The position numbers and the translations under genes were made by a program. From Eledone cirrhosa (lineage: Eukaryota): DNA of 64,000 bases. The notes beneath the pieces are model-generated. The model had not been told where the DNA came from. It saw only the letters and a list, made by a program, of their open reading frames with translations, and ran no database searches. This document shows positions 53,481-64,000 of this stretch, in pieces; the stretch's first letter is position 1, and every line of letters begins with the position of its first letter. Location: NCBI GenBank assembly GCA_964016885.1, contig OZ024742.1, positions 310,310,001-310,374,000 on the forward strand. The letters are read 5' to 3'.

Positions 53481-54477
53481 GCTGTTATTTGAAATAAGTT
53501 TAACTTCTATTTATAGTAGGATGTGATGTCATCTCGTGGCTCATTCGTTAGTTTACGTTAAGTTTGTGTGCCTGATCGTGTGTCTTGTGTGATTGCACGC
53601 GTGTGAATGTGCGTGAGTTTATTGTCTGTGTGTGCCTGGTTTTGCCGAATGGTTAAAAAGTTCGCTTTGCAATCATTAGGTTTGGGTTGGATCCCACTTC
53701 ACAGTATCTTGGATACAGTCATTTAAGTTTGCCACGAGTCGACCCATGTCTTGTGAGTAAAACTGAGTAATGGGTAATTAAGTTAGGTGTACAAGTGTCT
53801 GTGGAATGTCCAGCCATTCTCATGTTAACTTCAGGATCAGGCTGTATCGTTGAATGAAAAACTGGAACAATCATCGCAGAAATCGACGGGAGTTCATTTC
53901 ATGTGTATGTTAAGTGTGTGATAGATGAGTCGTAATTTAACATCCTCATGTTCGCTCTATTTATTCCTATGCGAGCGAGCGAACGAAGCAAGGGGACACA
54001 CCCGGCTAGAAAGAGCAGCAGCAAGACCCTCGAACCATACCCTATTACCATACAAATGAAAGGACACATTGGCCTAGATATACAAGAACAACTACAACAA
54101 ACATTATCCATTCATATGTCTTTATTTTATTTATTTATACACTTACATATTTATAAACAATAAATACATTTGCCATATATTATGAACTTATATTATAAAC
54201 ATTGTATCAACACAAGCACCCACATACACACACGCACGCAAACACACACACACACACACATACACACATATATATATATATAAACATATATATATATAAA
54301 CATATATGTATGCACATCCGAACATACAATTATATATAAACATACATACACACACATATATATGTATATATGTATGTATTAATGCATGTATGTATAGATT
54401 CGATTTTACGAAGCCTCCAATTATATATATATATATATATATGCGTATATATGCGTATATATTTGTGAATATATGAA

Positions 54478-54677
54478 CAAGAGGAGGGTGAAAATTTCGT
54501 AGGCTGACTATGAAGGCCTGATGCTAGAGGTGTTAAATCTCGCATGCATTAATTTCATCTCTTCTTATTAATAACCGTACTGCTTCTTTCCAGGGACTAT
54601 TGTTAAAAATAATCCATATTTGGTCATTTCATGAAAGTTCTTGGTCAGCCTATGAAGTTTTCCATCGACATTCGTAC
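54478..54677. mobile_element. mariner-like MITE
   Basis: Imperfect TIRs GAAAATTTCGTAGGCTGAC / GTCAGCCTATGAAGTTTTC; the right end terminates TCGTA. Confidence 0.5.
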
Positions 54678-54764
54678 ATATATACAAATGTATACAAATC
54701 TATCTATCTCTCACTTCGTTTGTTTCTTTCTTTCTCTCGCTCTTTCTTTCTTTCTTTCTCCCTC

Positions 54765-54810
<46 letters not shown>

Positions 54811-54811
54811 C

Positions 54812-54861
<50 letters not shown>

Positions 54862-55202
54862 TTGTGTGTTTACGATAGACTGTACTTGCAACTTCCTAAC
54901 TAGTCCTTTCTGGTTCTGTAAAACCCAGTTTCTTATGATTTGTACTGAGGCTGTTATTACCATATCCCAGAGTCGCAATTATCACAGATACAAATCTAAA
55001 AGAATAGGCAGTGTAAATTCCTCATTGTATGAATGTATGTATGGTCCCGTAACACCTGATAGATTCGTGGTGGCGCCGTATTGACATACGGGCATTTGAA
55101 GCCTGGAGGAGCCCATCCCTTTCCAGGCCTGAGTACAGCAGATTTCTTCCAGAGAAAGATAGAAAGTGAGAGATAGGAAATGAGAAAGAGATATAGATGA
55201 AG

Positions 55203-55352
55203 AATCGACCTCAGTACTTGACTGTTACTTTTTTAATCGACCTTTTTTAATCGAGGATGAAAGGCAAAGTTGACCTCGGCAGGATTTAAATCCAGATAGC
55301 AGAGAGCCGGGACGAATACCATAAATCATTCTATCCGACGTTCTAATGATTC
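55203..55352 (-). mobile_element. SINE family S1 fragment
   Basis: Reverse complement of core and head. Confidence 0.65.
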
Positions 55353-55889
55353 TTTAGTTCAGCATAAATGTTCCCATTTTCGCTAATCCTTAGCATTATA
55401 TTTACTTTGTTGGGCAACTGATTGTATTTGCCTTCTTTCCCCTATTCCATATCACTATGTCTTCTCTGTTATGTTTGCATTTTATTTGGGTTTTGACGGG
55501 AAAATTCCATCAGTACTCTTTCATATTATGTATGCGTATGTCCTCCACATCACTGTTATCTTTCATATGTTTATTCTGAGGCTATCCTTTCAACGAATTG
55601 CATTGTATAATGTTTTGACCACTACATAATGCCCATAAGGTGATAGTATCATGATGACATCTTTGGACAGCTGCTTATGATGTGGGTTCCATCTCCGATG
55701 TTAATTCAACAGAGTCTGCATCTGTAGTCACATCTAGTTGATTTGCTTGCATGCCTGTCTCTTTTGTGCATTAGGTATTTCATTGTTATTTCCTGTTCTT
55801 GGATTGCAAAGGCATATCATTCAATGTGAGCGCCAATATACCGGTTGTTGGTTCAAGATTGACTGCTTTGCTTATCTATAATACTTGTT

Positions 55890-56170
55890 GGGGAAGAATC
55901 CTCAAGCAAGGATTCCAGCGGGTCCTGTCAAAAGCAACCATCTTCATGTAATTCGGCTGGATCCCTAAGCGAGACCAGCCAAGCTCATACACGTTATCCA
56001 GCCATCTTGGTCGGGTCTACCCTTAGGTTTCCTGACGGTTGGCTTTGCCCAGTAACACCTGTCCAGCGGTTCTTAATACAGTCTAACATGTCCATAATAT
56101 CAGAACTGTGGTCTGTCGATTCGGAATATCTTTTAGGTGCAAAACCCTTGGTCATTCGTGACAGAAGGAG
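55890..56170 (-). mobile_element. RTE-clade LINE 3' fragment related to 3460-3760
   Basis: Nucleotide match, e.g. AAGATGGCTGGATAAC..GGGATCCAGCC..CAGGACCCGCTGGAA. Confidence 0.65.
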
Positions 56171-56173
56171 GGT

Positions 56174-56237
<64 letters not shown>

Positions 56238-56380
56238 TCAGGTTTGAGGTTCACCACTGTATAGAGCTGGTCTATTTCGTATGGTCAATCGTAATGTAAT
56301 AATATAAAGAGTACTCGCCCTCGGGTCCTCGATTTTCAGTCCCATGGATTTTATCTATTACATTCACGTATTATATTTCG

Positions 56381-56440
56381 AATACCTGATGATATCACCG
56401 GATTCATACGGAACCCGGTCATTGAAATGATCATAACAAA
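56381..56440 (+). ncRNA. Possible hammerhead ribozyme
   Basis: CTGATGA..ACCGG..CCGGT..GAAA-TGATCA-TA; no convincing stem I. Confidence 0.4.
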
Positions 56441-56490
56441 GTATAATAAACCTTTCAAGGATTTACACAAATCCAGCCTCCTGTCATTTC

Positions 56491-56582
<92 letters not shown>

Positions 56583-56954
56583 GTTATGTATATATGAAGT
56601 TAGAAATATATCAATACAAATATACGGATGGAGTTTATATAATATGCGTGTCTTTCGCTCTACAACGTGCAGCAAATACCCTTGTGAGTTATCTAATCCG
56701 GTGAACTTTAGATAAATGACCTATGATAAAACTTGATAGCGTTACAGAATCACCGACGCACACACACACTCACTCACACACATTCACACACAAATACACA
56801 AAAAACACACGTAGGTGCGTATGTGTGTGTATATGCTGGACCTTCGTCGGTCCCTACGAAGAATATTCGACTTTTTTGAACAACAGAAAAGCCTGCTCTT
56901 GATATTTACGAGCAAGTGGCTGAAAATTCGTGTACACTTAATGTAGTTCTCAGC

Positions 56955-57258
56955 TTAAGGTTTTCGGCTTGCAACCGTAAGGTTATGAGTTCTATTCCAC
57001 GTGATACATTGTATCGTTGATCATGACACTTTATTTCATGTCGTTCCAGTCCACTTAGCTGGTATAAATGAGGTGTACCTGTAATTCAAACGGCCAACCT
57101 CATCACACATTGTGTCGGGTTCAATCTCTCTGAGAATTACGTTAAGAGAACACGTGTATGTAGAATGCAGTCACCTGCATGTTAATTTCATGAACTGGAT
57201 ATTGTGTTAATCGAGCAGCTGGAAAATTCTTCGTCGAAACAGACTGAAGTCCATTCCA
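56955..57258 (+). mobile_element. Diverged CORE-type SINE
   Basis: B-box-like GAGTTCTATTCC and CATGACACTTTATTTCA; the tail resembles 53790-53898. Confidence 0.5.
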
Positions 57259-58057
57259 GTTGCAAATCAAGTTTTGATAAATAAAATAATTAAAAACTAT
57301 GAACACAATTCAATGTTATCCAGTAAATCTGTGAAATGGGAATCTTCTATAAGCTTTCTTATTTGGGGACCATAAAATACATCCCTGTTTACATTTTCCT
57401 TGTCCAGTCCAGGCAATTTACTACTTAAGTTGTCAAAGCAGACGCCTTATTTTTCAGTCTTTACTCTCATCTTTTGGGCAACAACAGACAGATTTAGTAA
57501 TATGTAGTTGCTTGAATATTATAGAACATTATCGTAAACAAGATAATTAATATATTAAAATCAACCCTAACCATAGGTTTAAATTGTAAGACGCCAAAAT
57601 TTTAATTGCTAGAAGGCCTTGATTTCGAGGTAAATATTGATATACTGCATCTCCAAAATTAGAGCTAATACGACAAACGTGTTTCTTTGGTATCCGGGAG
57701 CAAATATACCCAAGTATAAGTCTAACAGACACCATTATGTGTTATGTAGTATTTACCTTATATTTGTATAAGCGTCTCAATGTATACGTAGGAAATGGAG
57801 TAATAAAGGAATTTTTTTCAGTTCTTAAAACATATTTTTGTTCATGAACTACAAACTATAATATATATATATATATGCATGTATATATGGATACGTGATA
57901 GTTGTCATGGTAGGTTTATATACCTTGATTTATCCTTTTAATTGAGTTCTGAGATCACTACTATTTTAGTCAGTATTTTCTTCGCCCTGGCGGTTTCTCT
58001 CCTTTGTAATTTGAACGCATATAGTTATATATCCGTGTTCGTCTCTCTTTACTGTGC

Positions 58058-58146
<89 letters not shown>

Positions 58147-58584
58147 TGATTAGTATTGACGGATCGCGAGAATAAAAGTTCTGAATATCATATCAGAATA
58201 ATACTAAGAGCGAATCGGTAAATATACCAATCAAATTCATGTTTCCTGGTGGTTATTTATACCAGTTGATGCAGTCTCGGTTACACACTGAGTATGTATA
58301 CAGATATAACTTTACGACGTACTTCGGCTGATGGCCCAATTCTTAATATGTATATGCTTATATTTATTTATTTATACACATACACACGCACACATGTACA
58401 TGTATACATACATATATATATATGTGTATATATATATATATATGTGTCTATGTATATAAATATGTGTATATATGTATATGTATATATATATATGTATATG
58501 TATATGTATATGTATATATGTATATGCATATATATATATATGTATATATAGTTGAAAATTGCAAACTTGACTGTCACCACATTA

Positions 58585-58623
58585 TGAACCTGAAGATTGC
58601 GAAAGCATGAAAGTACTTGTTCA
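58585..58623 (+). ncRNA. Minimal type-I hammerhead ribozyme
   Basis: TGAAC-CTGAAGA-T-TGC-GAAA-GCA-T-GAAA-GTAC-TT-GTTCA; perfect stem I, palindromic stem III. Confidence 0.8.
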
Positions 58624-58798
58624 ATTAACACTTAGAATTTAATATTCTATCATACTATTTCATTATAATACCATTATATATTTTAAAGGATTGTAAATAA
58701 ATAAAACGAGTAAATCAGACAAAGTTGGAATTCCTCTTATTAATATAATCTTCTATACACAATCATACACACCCGTGTATATTTACCTATCTATCTAC

Positions 58799-60460
58799 AA
58801 AGACACAACAAACAAAAAAATAACAGTTGAAAATAACATAACATCAGAAAACAAAGCAGACGACAAGATTTCATTTGCACAGAAAACAAAGAAATCTTTG
58901 ACTTATATAGCGGAAAACATTTCAGATGTGGTACGAAGGATCACGGACGCAAAACAATACATAAGTGAAGGTGAGAATGGTATTTTATTGGTAAAAATGC
59001 CTCAAGAATTCACGAAAGACATTGAAAGCCGAACGGTCAAGTTTCGGACCATCAACAACAGTACAAAAAAACCTGAACAGCCTTCTCAAGCAGATATCAA
59101 AACAGTACTCGCAGAAGTACTGAATGAAACAACTTTCATAAGAAAAGACAGACTGTATGGAAGCCTAGCAATTATCATGAAGAACGAATCGGCGGCAAAA
59201 AAATGTGCTTTGTCACCGATTCGTTCGAAAAATTTCACCTTTTATCCATCTTATATGGGGAAAAAAACCCAACGCATATGGCTGGATGCAATGATGCCAG
59301 ATGTGGACTACTGCTGGCTCATAGCTGGCTTCATCGATCCAGTGAATGACAACGTGATTTCCATTGGGAAAACCACAGGCAATGCGTTCAGTGGAACAGG
59401 TATAGAGCTGGTAGTACAAATGAAGCCTGAACGCATCGCCCAAATACCCGACAGAATCCTATTAGAGGACCACGGGTATATAAACATTAGCGTGGAGGGG
59501 AGAAGGCCGTCCTGCCATATCTGTGCAGGCAGAGGGCACCTGAAGGCCGCTTGTCCCCAACTCAACAAAAAGAAAACCCTGCTACCAACACCAGCTCCAC
59601 CACCACCACCACAACAGATAAACAAACAACAAAACTCAGTCCCACCCAACCCGTCCCTCAGTAACACCGCAACACCACCACAACACAAACAGTCACAACA
59701 CATTACCCCAAAACAAAATACAGGCCCACCCAACCTCTCACTCAATAAAACAACACAACCACCGCAGACACAACACACAACACAGTCTAACATAGTGACA
59801 TCCATCTCCCCCACAAAGAAAACCAACACGGAAACATTACCAGCAAACATACCTCTTCCCTCCAACACTGAAGATAACCCAACGAATTCGGAGGAAGAAA
59901 CGGAGTCCTTCAGACAGATTAAAAGGAAAAAAAGAAAACATGTGCAAAACACACAAGGACAAACAACCCCCACCCAAATCGCAACACAATCTAACAAAAC
60001 AGAAAACACCCCTCCAGCAACAAACAAAACCAAACCTGCCCCTCCCCTCTTCGAAACACTCACACCATCGGAAAAAAAGACATTACACTATACTTACATC
60101 AACAGAAACAATAATAAATTAAATGAACTCATATACAATAATCCTTCGGTACAAACCGAAGGTGTAAACTTTGTTTCATCAGAAAACCACCCACATTTAA
60201 AACTAATAAAAATCCCAATGAACCTCTACCAAAAACTAAAAAAGGATTTTAAGGAGGACGTAGGACCACCCTCTGTCAAACCCATAAACCGCGTCCTACT
60301 AAAAAGCTTTCCCCCTCCCCTTCCCCTCCCCAACACAACTCCAAACACCCCAACCCCACCACACACCGACGACCCCACACCACCACAAGACACCCCTTCA
60401 CCCAACACCCCCGACCCCATGGAAGTCGTGCAACCCGAACCCCGGGAAGCGGAAAGGTAG
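58799..60460 (+). CDS. LINE ORF1 (gag-like; CCHC zinc knuckle; Pro/Thr/Gln-rich region)
   Basis: CHICAGRGHLKAAC knuckle. The track's GTG start lies in the flank; the first in-frame ATG is at 58997, so the true start is uncertain or truncated. Confidence 0.85.
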   Translation, partial: KDTTNKKITVENNITSENKADDKISFAQKTKKSLTYIAENISDVVRRITDAKQYISEGENGILLVKMPQEFTKDIESRTVKFRTINNSTKKPEQPSQADIKTVLAEVLNETTFIRKDRLYGSLAIIMKNESAAKKCALSPIRSKNFTFYPSYMGKKTQRIWLDAMMPDVDYCWLIAGFIDPVNDNVISIGKTTGNAFSGTGIELVVQMKPERIAQIPDRILLEDHGYINISVEGRRPSCHICAGRGHLKAACPQLNKKKTLLPTPAPPPPPQQINKQQNSVPPNPSLSNTATPPQHKQSQHITPKQNTGPPNLSLNKTTQPPQTQHTTQSNIVTSISPTKKTNTETLPANIPLPSNTEDNPTNSEEETESFRQIKRKKRKHVQNTQGQTTPTQIATQSNKTENTPPATNKTKPAPPLFETLTPSEKKTLHYTYINRNNNKLNELIYNNPSVQTEGVNFVSSENHPHLKLIKIPMNLYQKLKKDFKEDVGPPSVKPINRVLLKSFPPPLPLPNTTPNTPTPPHTDDPTPPQDTPSPNTPDPMEVVQPEPREAER

Positions 60461-60493
60461 GTCTCTACACTCTCCTTTGGCTCTGCCGCCCAC

Positions 60494-63400
60494 ATGGATG
60501 TGTTAAGAGTAGGATGTTTGAATGCACGTGGCCTGGGCTCAACTTGGAAGCAAGCAAAGCTTCTAAATGACCTCAGGTCATGTAGTATAAATGTAATGGT
60601 TACCTGTGAGACTCGAATCAGCGTCATGCGGCAGCTGGCCCCCACCTTCGATGACTTTGAGGTGCATGCATCTCTCTGTCAACCTGGAGGTGGGGGTGGG
60701 GTTGTCGTGCTGATGCAAAAACACCTGGGTCTTGCCGTACAGGTTGTGCACTCGGACCCGGAGGGTCGTTTGTTGGTGCTAGACGTTGGCAGTAGTGAAA
60801 GTGCGGCCTTGAGACTGGTCGCCGTCTACTCCCCTTTCGGAGCTGAACGGCCCGACTTCTTCCAGCGTTTGGAGACTTTTCTGGGAACGTCGCGTTCCCT
60901 GCTTCTAGCGGGGGATTGGAATGACATCCTAGATGCACGTTGGGACTATGCAGGAGCATGTCCTAATAGAGGGGGGTGTAACAGCCTCAAGGGGTTACTC
61001 GACCGTTTTAACTTGGTCGATAGATATCGACTAGATTTTCCAACTGTGCCTACCTGGACTTGGAGAAACCACAGTGGTCAATCTAGATCGTACTTAGATA
61101 GATTCTTAGTTAGAAGTAAGGATAGGGACATATTAAGCTGTCCAGAAATGCGCACGGTTGGCTACACGGATCACAAATTAGTGACCTGCGTGGTCAATCT
61201 CGAGAAAACACATAGACAGGGTCCCGGTTACTGGAAACTTAATTTGTCTTTACCGGCAAAAGAGACTTACAGAAACCGGATTAGCAGATTAGTTAAGGAG
61301 AGGTTGACGGGTGCAATCGTCAACAACCGATGGTGGGCATCTCTCAAAAGAGAGATTAGAACAGAATCAATAAGTTATAGCAAGATGTTAGCTGCCAATA
61401 GGAATAGAAACGAGAAAGAATTAACAGGTAAATTAGAAGAGGCAATCAAGAGCGAAGATGTGGCCAGAGTGCTGGCATCGAGGACGGCATTGAACCAGTT
61501 TTTCGATGCAAAGCATGAAGGCTGCGTCATTCGAAGTAAAATACGTGCTCTAGGTAATGAGGGGGCCAAAGCCGTTGGATGGGCCCGCGTGACAGAAGCT
61601 AAAAGTGGAAATCGATCCACCATCCGGTCGTTGCAAGACGAAGATGGACGAGTGATCCGGGAGCCTAAGCAGATGTGCGAGGCCTTTCAAAAGCACTTTG
61701 CCCGATTGTTCGGGGGAGGCGAGGGTCCGGGCCGGGGCGTGGATTTCGGTCCATACCTCGACGGCCTGCCGCGTCTCTCGAACAAAGAGGCGGAGTCCTG
61801 CGAGGGACCAATCTCGGCTGATGAGATCGGAGATGCGCTGAGCCAGTGCAGCAGACGCAAATCTCCAGGTCTCGATGGTATACCTTACGAACTTTATTTA
61901 GCAATGCCGGTCTTCTTCTCCGAACTCCTCGAAGCGGTCTACTGCAATTGGCAGCAGAACGGGAGAATTCCTTGTTCTGTAGCCAAGGGCGTAGTCACGC
62001 TGGTGAGGAAGGACGAGAACAAGGGGGATAGTATAAATAATTTTCGGCCCATAACCCTGCTAAACACAGAGTTAAAGATTTTGGCCAAGGTGTTAGCAAA
62101 GAGGTTGGCGCTTGTCGTGGGTGGCCTGGTGGGAGATGCGCAGACATGTGCTATCCCATCCAGGTCCATTCACGATAACCTCCACCTCATGCGATACATC
62201 ATAGAGAGGGTTGGCAACAAACCCGGCTTCGGTGGGGCCCTGATCAACTTGGATCAGTCTAAGGCCTTCGATAGGGTCGACCATGGTTACCTGGATGCGG
62301 TGCTAGCGGCGGCTGGGTTCGGTCCTGTTTTCAGAGGCTGGATCACTGCCCTACATAGCAACCACATCTGTTCTAGGATCAAGGTGAACGGCTACCTTTC
62401 GAAGCCGTTCGAAATCACACGATCCATTCGACAGGGGTGCCCTCTCTCCTCCCTTCTGTACGTATTGACTCTCGAGCCTTTACTGAGGAAGTTGGAGTTG
62501 TTGCAGGGTATCCCCCTGGAACCAGGATTGAGCAAAGCGGTGTCGGCCTACGCCGATGACGTAACAGTAATGGTATCAACCGACTCGGAGATCGAGGCGA
62601 TCGGTACCTTACTGGAGGAGTACGAAAGGTTGTCAGGAGCGAAACTGAACCGGGAAAAATCCATCGGGCTGCAACTCGGAACGTGGAGAGGCAGACCGAT
62701 GCCTCCCGATGGTGTCGTCGGACACTGGACGGAGGGCCCGGTAAAGTTGCTTGGGGTCTGGTTTGGACCGGACCTCCAGGTGGAAAAGAACTGGAACGAG
62801 GTTACGAACAAGGTGTTTGCACTAACCCAGAAATGGGCCAAGTGTAAGCTGTCCCTAAAAGGCCGGGCGGAGGTGGCGAACATTTACATAGCGTCCGTCA
62901 CTTACTACCGCCTGACTGTCGTGCCTTGCCCTAAGGAAACACTCACCACCATGGAACGCATGCTCTTCCAATTTCTTTGGAAGAAGCGTCCTCCTATGGT
63001 GAGAAGATCCATCTGCTGCCAACAACCTTCGAAAGGAGGGCTGGGGATGCCGTGGTTGATGATGCGTAGGCACGCATTAAGGCTACGGCACCTACAGGTA
63101 TTCCTCACTGGTCAACCGGTGTGGGCTCCGTTCGTGAAACGAGCCTTTCCGAGACTCGTCTCACTCACCGAGCTACAGTCCTGGGTCAAGCAAAGATCCG
63201 GAAAACTGGGAGACTGGCACACTGAGTGTGCTCAGGCGCTCAGGGCTCTCTGGCAAGCGGGCCGGGCCATCGGTGGAGAATCCACCTCATCATTCTATAG
63301 AGGGCTGGTGGCTAGCAGGGGCGATGACACCCTTGGAGAGTCGCTGGACATGGAAGAAGACGAACTGGCCAGCCTGTTCGGTAGGACTTTCGGCCCAGGA

Positions 63401-63931
63401 CCAATGGACAACTTCCAGAAGTCACTGGCCTGGCAGTGCTACCGAGGGGCTCTACCCGTTCGAGAGAGGCTCTACAGACACGGGCGCCCGGGCAGGGATC
63501 CCTCAAAAAAGATTTGCCCTAGATGCGTGCGTCACGAAGAAACCGTGGCGCACGCATTGGTGCAATGTCCGGGCGTGGCTGATCTGTGGGGCTACGCCGA
63601 ACAACTGCTGTCGCGGGTGGCGCCGATTAAATTGACAGCCGAGTCCGTGATGACAATCAAACCGCCTCCCCTCTTCACAAAGGAAGCAAAGGCGGTTTTT
63701 CTGTGCGTAATAGCCATGTTGAAAGAGGTTGTTTGGTGGACACGATTGAAAGGTCTGAGGTCAGGCAACTTCCTCTCTGGCCATAGTCTGGTCTACTTCT
63801 TCCGATATCACTTCGGAAGAAGGATAAGAATGGAGAGAGAGGTGCTTGGCCACAGGCAGTTTTATGAAAGGTGGGTGATAGTGGCGAGAATGGCTCGTGT
63901 AAATGGGCCTTCTCTGTATACCATCCTGTAG
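60494..63931 (+). CDS. LINE ORF2: AP-like endonuclease, reverse transcriptase, C-terminal Cys/His motif
   Basis: 1145 aa: LNARGL, GDWN, SYLDRF, TDH; KSPGLDG, NFRPITLLN, DQSKAFD, RQGCPLS, YADD; CPRC...HALVQC. Confidence 0.96.
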   Translation: MDVLRVGCLNARGLGSTWKQAKLLNDLRSCSINVMVTCETRISVMRQLAPTFDDFEVHASLCQPGGGGGVVVLMQKHLGLAVQVVHSDPEGRLLVLDVGSSESAALRLVAVYSPFGAERPDFFQRLETFLGTSRSLLLAGDWNDILDARWDYAGACPNRGGCNSLKGLLDRFNLVDRYRLDFPTVPTWTWRNHSGQSRSYLDRFLVRSKDRDILSCPEMRTVGYTDHKLVTCVVNLEKTHRQGPGYWKLNLSLPAKETYRNRISRLVKERLTGAIVNNRWWASLKREIRTESISYSKMLAANRNRNEKELTGKLEEAIKSEDVARVLASRTALNQFFDAKHEGCVIRSKIRALGNEGAKAVGWARVTEAKSGNRSTIRSLQDEDGRVIREPKQMCEAFQKHFARLFGGGEGPGRGVDFGPYLDGLPRLSNKEAESCEGPISADEIGDALSQCSRRKSPGLDGIPYELYLAMPVFFSELLEAVYCNWQQNGRIPCSVAKGVVTLVRKDENKGDSINNFRPITLLNTELKILAKVLAKRLALVVGGLVGDAQTCAIPSRSIHDNLHLMRYIIERVGNKPGFGGALINLDQSKAFDRVDHGYLDAVLAAAGFGPVFRGWITALHSNHICSRIKVNGYLSKPFEITRSIRQGCPLSSLLYVLTLEPLLRKLELLQGIPLEPGLSKAVSAYADDVTVMVSTDSEIEAIGTLLEEYERLSGAKLNREKSIGLQLGTWRGRPMPPDGVVGHWTEGPVKLLGVWFGPDLQVEKNWNEVTNKVFALTQKWAKCKLSLKGRAEVANIYIASVTYYRLTVVPCPKETLTTMERMLFQFLWKKRPPMVRRSICCQQPSKGGLGMPWLMMRRHALRLRHLQVFLTGQPVWAPFVKRAFPRLVSLTELQSWVKQRSGKLGDWHTECAQALRALWQAGRAIGGESTSSFYRGLVASRGDDTLGESLDMEEDELASLFGRTFGPGPMDNFQKSLAWQCYRGALPVRERLYRHGRPGRDPSKKICPRCVRHEETVAHALVQCPGVADLWGYAEQLLSRVAPIKLTAESVMTIKPPPLFTKEAKAVFLCVIAMLKEVVWWTRLKGLRSGNFLSGHSLVYFFRYHFGRRIRMEREVLGHRQFYERWVIVARMARVNGPSLYTIL

Positions 63932-64000
63932 GTAAAGAAGTAAAGGAGAGGGGAGCACCTTCTCCATGTGCTCCCCGGGCAAAGGATTGCACACTTTTTC

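Larger units (their letters stand above)
58795..64000 (+). mobile_element. Tx1/L1-clade LINE (family T1), both ORFs intact; runs off the window end
   Basis: ORF1 and ORF2 are separated by a 33-nt spacer; the element begins after CTATCTATCT. Confidence 0.93.

Noticed and set aside
59308-60063. Antisense ORFs over LINE ORF1 and the PLE Asn tract (also 36730-37281, 49959-50426)
   Set aside because: Shadow ORFs caused by A/C-rich low-complexity coding strands.

Overview
AT-rich, microsatellite-dense eukaryotic DNA with no recognisable host gene. The repeat types suggest a cephalopod such as octopus, which is an inference. The window is almost entirely mobile DNA. (1) Two families of Penelope-like retroelements (PLEs; RT + C-terminal GIY-YIG, Naiad-like): one has a near-intact ORF at 36706-39714 joined head-to-head to a ~2.1 kb inverted copy. 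(2) About 20 type-I hammerhead ribozyme (HHR) motifs from roughly 10 sequence families. They sit in PLE termini and in non-coding retrozyme-like units (558 bp x2.5, ~680 bp x2, ~430 bp, ~260 bp), nearly all embedded in (TA)n. (3) Two families of Tx1/L1-clade LINEs, one with intact ORFs at 58.8-64 kb, associated with (TATC)n or (ATT/ATG)n. (4) tRNA-derived SINEs, RTE and R4 LINE fragments, and MITEs. Two findings stand out. First, in both Tx1 families ORF2 is bracketed by a splice-donor-like site overlapping the ORF1 stop and an acceptor-like site overlapping the ORF2 stop; splicing would remove ORF2 and regenerate ORF1's last codon plus a stop. Second, the PLEs and HHR retrozymes form a (TA)n-associated community with a repeated head-to-head 'tail/no-tail' insertion geometry. 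All folds and alignments were done by eye, and element boundaries are approximate.
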